Source: a virus (Duplodnaviria > Caudoviricetes). From it: a stretch of DNA of 35,971 nucleotides. The position numbers were made by a program, and so were the translations under genes. Every line of letters starts with the position of its first letter. The first letter of the stretch is position 1. Where the stretch lies: the IMG/VR virus record IMGVR_UViG_3300020404_002695, positions 1 to 35,971 of that record; one strand, 5' to 3'. Positions 1-10,300 of this stretch are shown here, piece by piece. The notes below the pieces were generated by a model, which ran no database searches, was not told where the DNA came from, and worked only from the letters and a program-made list of their open reading frames with translations.

Positions 1-2
1 CC

Positions 3-2126
3 GTTCTCAGCGTTTGTGAGAGAAGTTGATAGTTTAAATTTTTTGGGGTTAACTGCATCTCTGATTACAAAAAATACTGATTTTTCCTCAATATTTTCAG
101 GAAGATCTCCGTCATCACTTATAATTATTACCTTCTCACCAGTAGATAAAAAGTGGTCACTTGTTGATGTAAAAACACCATTGTCGTTTGTTACACCAGT
201 GATTTTTTTAACACCACTTCGAGTAGATCCACCACCATGATCCACCATCATTATTTTTGCAGATCTTTCTGCTGTACCAATATTTACAAAAAGTAAATCA
301 TCTGTTTTTGCACCAATTCTAAATCCTTGTGTAAGTGATGGTGGTTTAATGTCCTCAGAATTAAATCCAAATAGATATATTTTATTTGCACTTGCATTTT
401 GCTTATCAAGCGAAACCCAATCAATATTTTCCACTGGACTTGTTATAGCTCGTGGGGGTATAATATGAGTTATAAATGCTCTATCATCTTTTGCAAATGC
501 ATCTCTCTTAAATCCATCAGACACGAGCGCCAGTTGTCCGAAGTTTGAGTTAGAGTTTGTAATTGAAGCGTCAGCGCCTGATCTTCCCTCAAAATGCACA
601 CCATAACCAATCGCAAAAACAGAAACGATCTGCAATATAGAATCATTTGATATTTTAACATGTCTAGTTTCCCAACCTCTTCTATAAATCGCATCAGAAT
701 CAAGGTGATAGACTTGAGATGAGGATGATGCTGATGATTGACTTGCTAGTGCTGTTCCAGTTGTTCCGTCTTCATCTATGGTTATTGAATCATATGTTCT
801 GCTTTCTTTATTATATTTTACAAATGCACGATCATCTTTTTGTAGGGATACACCAGTGAATTGTGCAACAACCATTGAACGAAATCCAGTTGCCTTTGCA
901 CCATCAGTATGCATACCATTCATACCAAAAACTGATCTTAGTGATATATTAAAGATATAAGGAGAAGCACCATTTACAGTGTCGGTCTCTACAATCACAA
1001 ATGCATCGGTAACATTAACGTTAGTATTTTTAATTTCTCCATCAAAACTTGATAAAGTGTATGTAAACTCTCTTGTGTTTGTAACACTAATTGAAGAAAC
1101 ATTTGTTGAAATATTATATGCAGATTCTCCAACACCTTTAATACGAATTGGAGTGTCTTTATCTAAACCATGGTCAGTAGCTGTTTGAACTGTAACAACT
1201 GGATCTGCATCTCCACCTTCTGTACCCGCAAATATTTTTGAAATTTTAATTGGGTCAGCTGCAAACGCACCAACTATTTCAAATTCTGGTCTCTTCGAAA
1301 CAAATCCCTCTGTTTTTATCGGAAATTTATCACTTATGTTTCGATCCTCGGTTGCACTACCATAAGCTATTGATAACTTATGATAGTACATATTTAAATC
1401 TGTTAATTTTGTTGTTTTGTCTATAGTAATACCATCTGCATATTCAAATACAGTTAATTTGTGGTGAGAAAAAGAGGGTTTTACTAATAACTCTGGATCA
1501 GTAAAATTAGCACTGTCCACATATACTTTATCAGTTAGACTTCCATCAAAAATTGAAAACTGCCAGAAATAACATGCACCAGTAATCCTAAAAATTGCAG
1601 ATGCAGGATCTTTTTCATATGTTGTTGTTGGATTTGGAACATATTTTGGTCTTATCTTTGTTTTTCTTAAATCTAATCCAACTATTGATGTACCACGAGG
1701 CACGATGACTCCACCTTCAACAGAGTTAAATTTGCGTAGGATATTATCTTCTTGATTTAAATCAAAATTAGAACTTAAATTTAACAGTAATTCAAGTTTA
1801 CCATTTGGTATGATAGAATTAGTTCGTGCTGTACGAACCTTTACATCATTACCATCTCTCTCAATCTTATAACCTGGTCTATTATCAATGATATGCTCAC
1901 CTGGCATCAATAATATTGTTGTTTTTTCTGTGATATCGTTATTATTTCCTGGCACATATGAAAATCTTGCTGCTTCAATCAGTGCCCTTTGTATAGTTTT
2001 AAAGGGTGACGCTTGTGAATTACCTTGATTCGACATCGCATCTGATGCGTCCAAATCACTTGGACTTACATACAATATACGACCTTCGACATTTTTAAGG
2101 AAATTATCTAACTTATTCAGTGGCAT
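3..2126 (-). CDS. Large virion structural protein with predicted right-handed beta-helix (cyanophage-conserved); 3' end lies outside the window
   Basis: Not in the ORF track because it has no stop in the window. ATG at 2126 reads MPLNKLDNFLKNVEGRILYVSPSDLDASDAMSNQGNSQASPFKTIQRALIEAARFSY. The frame was spot-checked as open at 480-660 (QIVSVFAIGYGVHFEGRSGADASITNSNSNFG) and at the edge (STSLTNAEN). A late-promoter motif lies just upstream. Confidence 0.85.
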   Translation of the reverse strand, partial: MPLNKLDNFLKNVEGRILYVSPSDLDASDAMSNQGNSQASPFKTIQRALIEAARFSYVPGNNNDITEKTTILLMPGEHIIDNRPGYKIERDGNDVKVRTARTNSIIPNGKLELLLNLSSNFDLNQEDNILRKFNSVEGGVIVPRGTSIVGLDLRKTKIRPKYVPNPTTTYEKDPASAIFRITGACYFWQFSIFDGSLTDKVYVDSANFTDPELLVKPSFSHHKLTVFEYADGITIDKTTKLTDLNMYYHKLSIAYGSATEDRNISDKFPIKTEGFVSKRPEFEIVGAFAADPIKISKIFAGTEGGDADPVVTVQTATDHGLDKDTPIRIKGVGESAYNISTNVSSISVTNTREFTYTLSSFDGEIKNTNVNVTDAFVIVETDTVNGASPYIFNISLRSVFGMNGMHTDGAKATGFRSMVVAQFTGVSLQKDDRAFVKYNKESRTYDSITIDEDGTTGTALASQSSASSSSQVYHLDSDAIYRRGWETRHVKISNDSILQIVSVFAIGYGVHFEGRSGADASITNSNSNFGQLALVSDGFKRDAFAKDDRAFITHIIPPRAITSPVENIDWVSLDKQNASANKIYLFGFNSEDIKPPSLTQGFRIGAKTDDLLFVNIGTAERSAKIMMVDHGGGSTRSGVKKITGVTNDNGVFTSTSDHFLSTGEKVIIISDDGDLPENIEEKSVFFVIRDAVNPKKFKLSTSLTNAEN

Positions 2127-2157
2127 GGCACAATAATTCTACTATGATTCTATGTTC

Positions 2158-2165
2158 TATTTAGT
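2158..2165 (-). promoter_or_regulatory. T4-type late promoter (ACTAAATA)
   Basis: Variant of TATAAATA in the intergenic gap, about 30 nt upstream of the ATG at 2126. Confidence 0.6.
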
Positions 2166-2184
2166 TGGTTAAAAATTGTTATGA

Positions 2185-5100
2185 TTAAACAATTTCTTGT
2201 ATGACTAGGTTAGTGCGTTTACTAACTTGAGCGGGACCAATAGAACCAGAAGTGGATTGTCTTCCCTCTAATACATAACTGATTTGTGAAGTGCCATGAG
2301 TAAAAGTATCCTTAACGGGGTAATCCAAGTACTCAGCATCACCAGTATTGGTATTGCTCCATGTTTTTAATACAGTAGTGTCTCTTCTTAAACGAATTTC
2401 AAAACGTTCTGCTGCAACGGGAGAAAATGCATATCCCGTAAGTTGAACTAACATTGATGAATTTGCTGTAGATGGTGTAATATTAATAGACAATATAGTT
2501 GAGAAACTTTGGGATGGCATTACAAATTGTGAACTTAATTGTTCAACTTCTACTGCTGGTGTGACAGAACTAGATCCTCCACCACCTTCACCCTCATAAA
2601 TTGCGGTAAGAGTTCCACCAGTATAATTACTCGCTGGACTAGTACTATCTGAAAAACTTCTAAGTTTTAGTTTTGTAATCCCCTCGCTAGCAGTGAAAGA
2701 ACCAGTAAATTCATTCAAAAATCTGAAATCCTCAAAAGTATCACTAGGAATGCCTTTCCTATTTGCAGTCGATCCACTATAAACCCATTTATTTTGACCC
2801 TTAACTTTTTCAAAAGTAAAGAATACCTGACTCAATATAGGTCCATCACCTTCTGATGACGAATTTAAAAGAATATAAGGTGCATATGGGGTATTATTAT
2901 TTGTAAATTCAGAGATTCCATAAGTGTTTGATCCTGAAGTGCTTTTTGTAATGAAGGACGTTGTATACGTGTATGCAGTTGAACCCAGATAACCACTATT
3001 TCCACCAAATTCTAGCAAAGATCCAATTGATTGATTAGTACCACCTGAAGGTTCAGGAAGAAGAAAATTTTCCCCAAGTAGAGTAATTTTAGTTGCCCAA
3101 CTTGGAATGTTTGTAAATTCTATATTATTATTTCCAGAAAGGGATGCAATATAACTCTCATAATTGCCACTACTACTACTACTAGAAGCAGTATGTTTGA
3201 TAATATAACAAAGTGCATAGTATGGTGGAAGGTTTGCATTAGTTCCTTGTTGTAAATTATTATCATTACCAGCAGCGTCTTTACCCACTATGTTAGTAGA
3301 TTCAGTACTATTTGCACCATCTCCATCGTTTTTTGGCACGTTATCGTGATCAGTTCCTCCTCCTGTGCGAACTTCAATTGTATGTTGATGAGCAACTAGA
3401 ACTGCATTAGCACTACCACCAGTTGAACCAACACCAACACCAGGATATGTTCCTGTCCCAGAAACATCATTAGCACCAACAATAAATCTAGATCTTAAAT
3501 CAGGCACATTAGTACCAGTAATTGTTTGAAGTGCCGATGTTTGTGCTGCACTACCATCACAAAGTTGATACTCGTTAGGAATACTTGAGACTGAACCACC
3601 CCATGCAACAATAGTTCCTACAGGATCTGAAGAACCACCACCACCACTACTTGTAATTTGATTTCCATTTACGTATAATTCACGACAAGTAACAATACCA
3701 ACAGCCAACTTGGCATTATTACCTGAAATTGCATTAGTTCCAGTCGGATCAAAAGTTCCAATACCGACATCACCATCATGTGTGATTCGAAGTCTTTCTG
3801 TTACAGTTGTTGTTCCACCATTAGTGAAAAAACGTAAGTCTGCTGGCATATCATCATTACCAACTCCAGATGCTACAACTGATTGAATTAAAGCACCTGC
3901 ATGAAATTGATCTCCATCCGATCCACCAAAATATATTTCACCAATTGAATCACCAGATTGAAGAACTGTGTGTGAACCTATTGTCTCATCTCTTGACTTA
4001 AGAAGATCAATTCTAGATCCATAAATATCATTTGAAAAAGTTGCAAAGATTGCTGGAGATGCTGTTGGTGTTGAAACTGAGAATCTAGGAGGAGCAGATC
4101 CAAATACACCATTTATTATACTGCTTTGTCCTATAAGTAACTGTCCACTTGACTCCATGCGAAGTCTTTCACCACCTGTATTTCCAAATATAATGTCTTC
4201 ATTAGAATCTGTCCCTGAAGGGTTATTATTACCAGCTCCAAATTGTATATAAACTTGATCGGTGACATCAACTCTTCTCTGTATTCTCCAAGCTGCTGAA
4301 TACCAATCAGGATTACCAGCTCCTGTGGTATCTTCTGTGATTCTTACAGAACGAAAAGTTAAACAATCAGCGTTAGCAGTTTGGCTTCTTAAATCTAAAA
4401 CATTTTTAGATGAACCAGCGGTTCCACTTAAAATACTTCCATGAACTGCAAGAGAAGCATCGTTGGCATTATCTGACCTTCTAATCATCACATCTGAATC
4501 TCTGTAGATACCAACAGTATTTTGTGTCCACAGACTATTTCCCGCACCATTCGTTCCCCAAAAAACGGAGTTACCGTAACCACCACTCATTAAAACTTGA
4601 CCGTTCGTTCCATATTTGTCTGCTTCAGTTCTATTGCTGTCTACAATTGGATTATTAGATCCTGCTGTGCCTGGTTGGATGTCGTTATATGGTCCTTGAT
4701 TTGGTGATGGAATTTGTGATCCTGCTAATATTCCTATCTCCCCATTTCTACCAATACGTATTTTTTCTGTGACTCTTCCACTTGTAGCACTCTGCCAATT
4801 ATAGTAACCAGTTCCACCTGTTTGAAAGGTAATTGCAGAATAATCCCCATGACTTGTATCAATCGCTCCACTATAAAGAGCATAATCCATCTGAATACGA
4901 GCATCCTTATCGACTGATTGAGCTCTAAAATCTATATAAGGACCACCTTGAGGAGACTCAATTCTTCTTCTCATTAATTCTAATCCACCATCTGCAGTTA
5001 TACCTGCTTCATTCCAAGGAATAGATATGGTGGAACTTTCATTATTTGATTGTGCTACTATGGCTCCTCCACCATACTTAGCAGGTTCGGTGGTGCTAGT

Positions 5101-5823
5101 ATAATCTGTATAATTAGGTTTGAGGATTAATTTATTTCCTGGATTACCATCACTCTCATCTCCTTTAAAGTAAAATAATCCTGCTGCACCATTTAAAGCA
5201 CCATTATCATTATACTGAACTTGACTATTAATTCCTACTGCACCCACTGCGGTGCCTGGTACTTGTGAGACAAATTCTAATCCATCTTCACTTGATTTGA
5301 CTCGAACAAAACTATTTCCTACTCCCGTATAATTTGTAGGTGTGTCTGATAGTTGAGTGAATCCAATTGCGAGAGTGTTAATAGTTAAATCTGCAGTTAC
5401 ATCAGTTAAAGTACCAGAATCTGGACCAGCATAAGTTAATGTAAGTCGTGCACCTCCCTGTGGTAAGGATCCAAATGATGCACTATCAACATAATTATCT
5501 CTTCCTAATCCAGTTGAATCTGCTTCCAAAAATACTAATCCATCCTCACTTGAATTGACTGTGACAACACTACCTGCAGTACCAACATAAGAGGTGGGAG
5601 TGTCAGAGAGAGCCAAAAATGTTGTTACACCTGTTATCTCAATTTCTTTAGTCGATGGATTTCCTGACGTATTTGATGCAGTTACCCCACTACCTTTAAA
5701 ATTTAAGGCAGTCGCAAGACCGACAAGATCATTACCCTCATCCTGAACAAGAAAACTCGCAGTGGCATTTGATCCTGTTGAAAACTCAATCCAATTTCCG
5801 TTGTGATAAACTTTAACTCCCAT
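2185..5823 (-). CDS. Modular tail fibre protein (1212 aa) with phage tail collar domain
   Basis: Collar motif DPVGTIVAWGG...YQLCDG...VPDLRSRFIVGA...NLPPYYALCYIIK; ERLRI..GDVGIGT fibre repeats; two LSDTPT.Y.G repeats. Confidence 0.8.
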   Translation of the reverse strand: MGVKVYHNGNWIEFSTGSNATASFLVQDEGNDLVGLATALNFKGSGVTASNTSGNPSTKEIEITGVTTFLALSDTPTSYVGTAGSVVTVNSSEDGLVFLEADSTGLGRDNYVDSASFGSLPQGGARLTLTYAGPDSGTLTDVTADLTINTLAIGFTQLSDTPTNYTGVGNSFVRVKSSEDGLEFVSQVPGTAVGAVGINSQVQYNDNGALNGAAGLFYFKGDESDGNPGNKLILKPNYTDYTSTTEPAKYGGGAIVAQSNNESSTISIPWNEAGITADGGLELMRRRIESPQGGPYIDFRAQSVDKDARIQMDYALYSGAIDTSHGDYSAITFQTGGTGYYNWQSATSGRVTEKIRIGRNGEIGILAGSQIPSPNQGPYNDIQPGTAGSNNPIVDSNRTEADKYGTNGQVLMSGGYGNSVFWGTNGAGNSLWTQNTVGIYRDSDVMIRRSDNANDASLAVHGSILSGTAGSSKNVLDLRSQTANADCLTFRSVRITEDTTGAGNPDWYSAAWRIQRRVDVTDQVYIQFGAGNNNPSGTDSNEDIIFGNTGGERLRMESSGQLLIGQSSIINGVFGSAPPRFSVSTPTASPAIFATFSNDIYGSRIDLLKSRDETIGSHTVLQSGDSIGEIYFGGSDGDQFHAGALIQSVVASGVGNDDMPADLRFFTNGGTTTVTERLRITHDGDVGIGTFDPTGTNAISGNNAKLAVGIVTCRELYVNGNQITSSGGGGSSDPVGTIVAWGGSVSSIPNEYQLCDGSAAQTSALQTITGTNVPDLRSRFIVGANDVSGTGTYPGVGVGSTGGSANAVLVAHQHTIEVRTGGGTDHDNVPKNDGDGANSTESTNIVGKDAAGNDNNLQQGTNANLPPYYALCYIIKHTASSSSSSGNYESYIASLSGNNNIEFTNIPSWATKITLLGENFLLPEPSGGTNQSIGSLLEFGGNSGYLGSTAYTYTTSFITKSTSGSNTYGISEFTNNNTPYAPYILLNSSSEGDGPILSQVFFTFEKVKGQNKWVYSGSTANRKGIPSDTFEDFRFLNEFTGSFTASEGITKLKLRSFSDSTSPASNYTGGTLTAIYEGEGGGGSSSVTPAVEVEQLSSQFVMPSQSFSTILSINITPSTANSSMLVQLTGYAFSPVAAERFEIRLRRDTTVLKTWSNTNTGDAEYLDYPVKDTFTHGTSQISYVLEGRQSTSGSIGPAQVSKRTNLVIQEIV
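3181..3631 (-). repeat. Collar-domain dispersed repeat, copy A (copy B at about 8131-8572)
   Basis: Contains exact shared blocks of 56 bp (taggaatact...ggatctgaa) and 41 bp (agcaccaacaataaat...cacattag). Confidence 0.9.
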
Positions 5824-5833
5824 AATTCTTTAT

Positions 5834-7339
5834 TTAAGGTCTAGTGACTGTGATTGATTTGTTGGCTGCACCCAACATAACCGTTAAGGTTAATTCTGGA
5901 TCTTTTGGTCCTCCAGTAGTAGGATTAGTATCAGCACCATTGTGTACATAAACAACAGTTGCTCTAATTGTGTGTACATTAGATCCAGTTGTAAATATCG
6001 AAAGAGTGTAATTGAAGGTAGAAGAATTAATGTTATCAATAACAGCTGTTGTAATAGTTCCCCCACCATTACTTGTAGTACTGGCTTGTGTAGCAAAATG
6101 AGAGACTGATGAAGCAGAAAGGAAATTACCATTAGATGCAGCATATATAGTTCCAGCTATCGCACCATTTGGACAATTAAAGCTGAAAAAATCCTTAACT
6201 ACAGTATATTGGGTACCATTAACAGGTGTTTGTGATGTAGCACAATTAATTGTCCTAGTATATATGCCACCACCCAATACATGCGATGTTGATACATTTT
6301 GTGCAATAACCACATCCCCATCAGATGTGATGCGAAGTCTTTCTTTAGCTGTGCCTCCAGCCTTTCCACGAATTATTAATTGCCCATTACTATTACCATC
6401 ACGAAGATCAACATACAAATCACCAGAATCATGTATAAGTTGTGTCTTTGTATTTCCAGTGGTATCATCAGTGTCAATAAGTTGTATTTGTGGTGAATTT
6501 TTTCTTAATTCTAATGTTCCACTATCTGTGATTCGTAATCTTTCTGTGCCTTCTGTCTCAACTAAAAAGTGTCCGTTACCGTTAGTATCAATTACTTCTG
6601 CCTTCGTGTTTCCCTGAAACATTCTATTTGTATTACCATCATCTTTAACAGCGGTGGATAGATCCTCAATTCTTACTTGAGTGAAGATGTTCGATCCAGG
6701 ATTTACGGTAGGAACAGTATGAATACTTCTGTAAATTGGATAACCAAACCCAAAGTTAGTTGAGGTTTGATCGACAGCATAATGTAAAATTTTAAAATAT
6801 GTGGTTTGAGCAAGTTCTATAACTGTATGTCCAAATGAACTTGATTGATCATCTGCAGAATCAGGATAAGAACTAAGCGCAGTTGAACCATCAACAAACG
6901 ATGCTGATGCATTAAGACCAGCAGTTGAAATTTGTGATTCAGTAGTGCTATAAGCTAATCTAGTTTTATGTCGTGCAACTTCAAATGCAGGAGCAGTCCA
7001 ATCAATACGATATTTCCCTGCTGGTAGTGACCAGTAACCAGGTGTATTTCCAGTGCTAGGTGAAGATTTTGATCCACCCACTGTTAAATTGACAAAATTA
7101 GATGGATCTTCTTTAACGGTTAAATCCCTATCTCTCCAATCCTCTTTATCAAAATCACCACTATCTACTTGAGGGTTTTTCTCATCTTTTAATATTGCGA
7201 CTTTGGATGATCCCACACTCGTATCGGATCCAAGTTTTTTCCACACAGAGGGATTTATCGCAGTGCAAATGTATGTTACACCATTTGCTGTGTAAATCTG
7301 ATTTAAAGTTGGAGAAGGTGGAAAATCAAATGCTGGCAT
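5834..7339 (-). CDS. Tail fibre-associated protein (501 aa)
   Basis: N-terminal FDFPPSPTLNQIYTANGVTY..W module; shares EDL.TAVKDDGNTNR/GHFLVETE/ERLRI modules with the 1555-aa gene. Confidence 0.75.
   Translation of the reverse strand: MPAFDFPPSPTLNQIYTANGVTYICTAINPSVWKKLGSDTSVGSSKVAILKDEKNPQVDSGDFDKEDWRDRDLTVKEDPSNFVNLTVGGSKSSPSTGNTPGYWSLPAGKYRIDWTAPAFEVARHKTRLAYSTTESQISTAGLNASASFVDGSTALSSYPDSADDQSSSFGHTVIELAQTTYFKILHYAVDQTSTNFGFGYPIYRSIHTVPTVNPGSNIFTQVRIEDLSTAVKDDGNTNRMFQGNTKAEVIDTNGNGHFLVETEGTERLRITDSGTLELRKNSPQIQLIDTDDTTGNTKTQLIHDSGDLYVDLRDGNSNGQLIIRGKAGGTAKERLRITSDGDVVIAQNVSTSHVLGGGIYTRTINCATSQTPVNGTQYTVVKDFFSFNCPNGAIAGTIYAASNGNFLSASSVSHFATQASTTSNGGGTITTAVIDNINSSTFNYTLSIFTTGSNVHTIRATVVYVHNGADTNPTTGGPKDPELTLTVMLGAANKSITVTRP
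6552..6676 (-). repeat. Fibre junction dispersed repeat (copies at 9641-9765 and partial at 11738-11762)
   Basis: 25-bp tctgtctcaactaaaaagtgtccgt exact in three places; 56-bp block with one mismatch in two. Confidence 0.9.
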
Positions 7340-7352
7340 ATTACTTTTTGAT

Positions 7353-7360
7353 TATTTATG
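7353..7360 (-). promoter_or_regulatory. T4-type late promoter (CATAAATA)
   Basis: NATAAATA 13 nt upstream of the ATG at 7339. Confidence 0.65.
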
Positions 7361-7398
7361 GGATGAACATTAAATTAAGTGCAGAGATTCTTTATCTA

Positions 7399-10300
7399 TC
7401 ATACTACTACAACCCAAACTTCTCCTCTAGCACCAGAATAACCAGCTCCACCACCACCTGCAGGTATTTGAGCATTATCACTGTTTCCTGTGCCTCCATT
7501 TCCTCCCACTCTACTTGTTCCACCATTAGCTGTAACAGTCACACCAAAGTTATTAGGTCCATATCCACCACCACCTCCACCACCGTAGATAGAATCCCCA
7601 CCAACAGCAGCATTACCAAAATTCTGAGGACGATAACCAGATCCACCTGATGCACCATTTCTACCCTCTACCCCCCCATTCAATGTATCAGGTAGAGCAA
7701 TGATAGAACCATCACTATCTCTTGTTGAAGCACCTGATGCTGGTGTGGTTCCATCTCCATACAAATTTCCACCTGTTCCGCCTGGTGAGAGATTCTGTTC
7801 ATCAGTGGTACTACTTGTTCCTCTTCCTGCACCTCCACCACCGACAGAGTATGTTATGCTACCAAACTGTGATGATTCACCTGCAACACCAGCTGCACCA
7901 CCAGATCCAACTGTAACGGATACTGTAGGACCTAAATCAGACATTTTAATTCTGTATTCGGCATATCCACCTCCTCCACCACCACCTCTATAGCTTCCTG
8001 ATGATGCACCGCCACCACCGCCACCCCACATAGTAACAAGAACGAAATTACCTGTTGAAGGTTTAGTCCAAGTTCCATCGGAAGTAAAGTATTGAACCGA
8101 TGATGCACTACTACTACCACCACCACTATCACTAGAAACAGTATGTTTGATAATATAACAAAGTGCATAATACGGTGGTAAATTTTTATTTGTTACTGAC
8201 TCCCCATTACTTGGATCACTCATACTGAATACAGTACCAGGATATAGTCCTGGCCCACCAAAAGGAATTGCGTTAGGAGTACCACCTTGATGGAATAATG
8301 TACCATTATCAACAGACGTAGGGTGAGTGTGGTCAGGAACTATCGCATCAGCACTACCACCAGTTGAACCAACACCAACATTAGGCCATGATCCTGTTCC
8401 ACTAACATTATGAGCACCAACAATAAATCTAGATCTTAAATCAGGCACATTAGCACCAGTAATTGCTTGAAGTGCCGATGTTTGTGTTATACCACCATCA
8501 CAAAGTTGATACCCACTAGGAATACTTGAGACTGAACCACCCCATGCAACAATAGTTCCTACAGGATCTGAATTGTTACTATCTCCAGTTATAGCAACCC
8601 ATTGTTCTGTATTATCGGTATCCTTATAATAAACATGTAAATCACCATTGTCACTATCCCACCATAAATCTCCTGGATTTGGTGATGGATTCGTCGGGGG
8701 TTCAGTGCCAATATTTACATTTGCACCACCATCACTTATATTATTTCCATTTACATATAATTCTCTACAAGTGACGACACCTACAGCAAGTACAGAAGTG
8801 TTACCAGATCCAACTGCATTAGCACCAGTGGGATTTGTGGTGCCGATGCCAACATCACCAGCTGATGTGATGCGAAGTTTTTCAGAACCCTCTGAATTAA
8901 AAACAAAATCTGAGTTGCCATCAGGATTAGATCCAGTAGTTTTTTTATTTCCAATGTGCCAGTCAGCATTATCTACTCTAAATTGAACCAATGACAAGGC
9001 ACCAATTGTAGTATTATCATTTTCAATTCTTATACCATCACCACCCCAATTACCGCTTGAACCACCAGTCAATGACGTAGTACTATTATTAAAAAATGCG
9101 TGGAGTCTGTAGTATGGATTTGTCGTTCCAATTCCAACTTTTTTGTCTACGTGATCAAATACAAATTTATCATCACCAGCAAGAGAACCACCATTGTTAA
9201 ATATGATTTGTTCATCTGATCCGATGGAAAGATTTGGGTTTCCACTTATATTATTTGCCTTTATAGTTCCGACAGCTAGTGTTGAATTATTATTTGTGAG
9301 TGCATTAGAACCAGTGGGATCGTCAGTTCCTATACCAACAGCATTTGATTTGATAGTTACTTGATCGTCACCATCAACTCTTAATATGATAGACGAATTA
9401 TTTCCTTGATTATTCTCATCAGCAGCAATAAACAAATTATCAGCATCCTTAACTCCAATAGCATTGATTCTGGGATTTCCACTAGTAAGAGTTATAAGTT
9501 TGTTCGTACCACCAGATAATGTTCCGTTGCCAGCGACTTTTAAATGAAGGAGTGTATCACTATCAGGAATAATTGAATTATTAATATCAGTTCCAATACC
9601 GACCCTACCTGTTGATATGATACGTAATCTCTCTGATCCCTCTGTCTCAACTAAAAAGTGTCCGTTACTTCCCGTGTCATTTACTTCTGCCTTTGTATTC
9701 CCCTGAATAATTCTATTTGTATTACCATCATCTTTAACAGCGGTGGCTAGATCCTCAATTCTTACCTGAGAATAAACTTCATCGGAGTAACTACAATTTA
9801 TTCCAAAATCTGTTGTACTTTGAGTTTTTGATACTCTACTTTCCAATATAAAATAATTTGTTTCTGTGAGGACAATTATATCATGTCCATCCGATTCACC
9901 GACTGTCTCTCCTCCACTTCCAGGTCCAGCATAAAGACTGCTACCAATAATGTAAGATAATGTTCCGCTAACATCCGATTGATTACTATATTTTAATCTT
10001 GATTGAGAATATTGTGTATGATAAAATGGTGTGCTAAAATCAATCTTATAAGTACCTGCAGGTAGGGAAAAGATATTAGAGTTTAATGTTACACCCATAC
10101 CATTAGGATCATTTAAATCATTTAACTTCCTTGTGTTAAATGATGATAAATTTGGTGCTTTTCCACCATTATTACCTGAAGATTCTACATGTTTAATGAC
10201 TGCAACACGATTTGTTCCCTGTCCAGTTGTTGTAGTGTCATACCATATATCTCCTTCGATTGCTCCTGATGGTGTGTTCGGACCTACAAATCTATTTCCG

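Noticed and set aside
7671-7677. G7 tract in the adhesin gene as a phase-variation switch
   Set aside because: Short, in frame, and expected by chance in a glycine-rich region
3181-8572. Diversity-generating retroelement template/variable repeat pair
   Set aside because: Mismatches between copies are mixed, not adenine-specific; both copies are in-frame coding; no reverse transcriptase in the window
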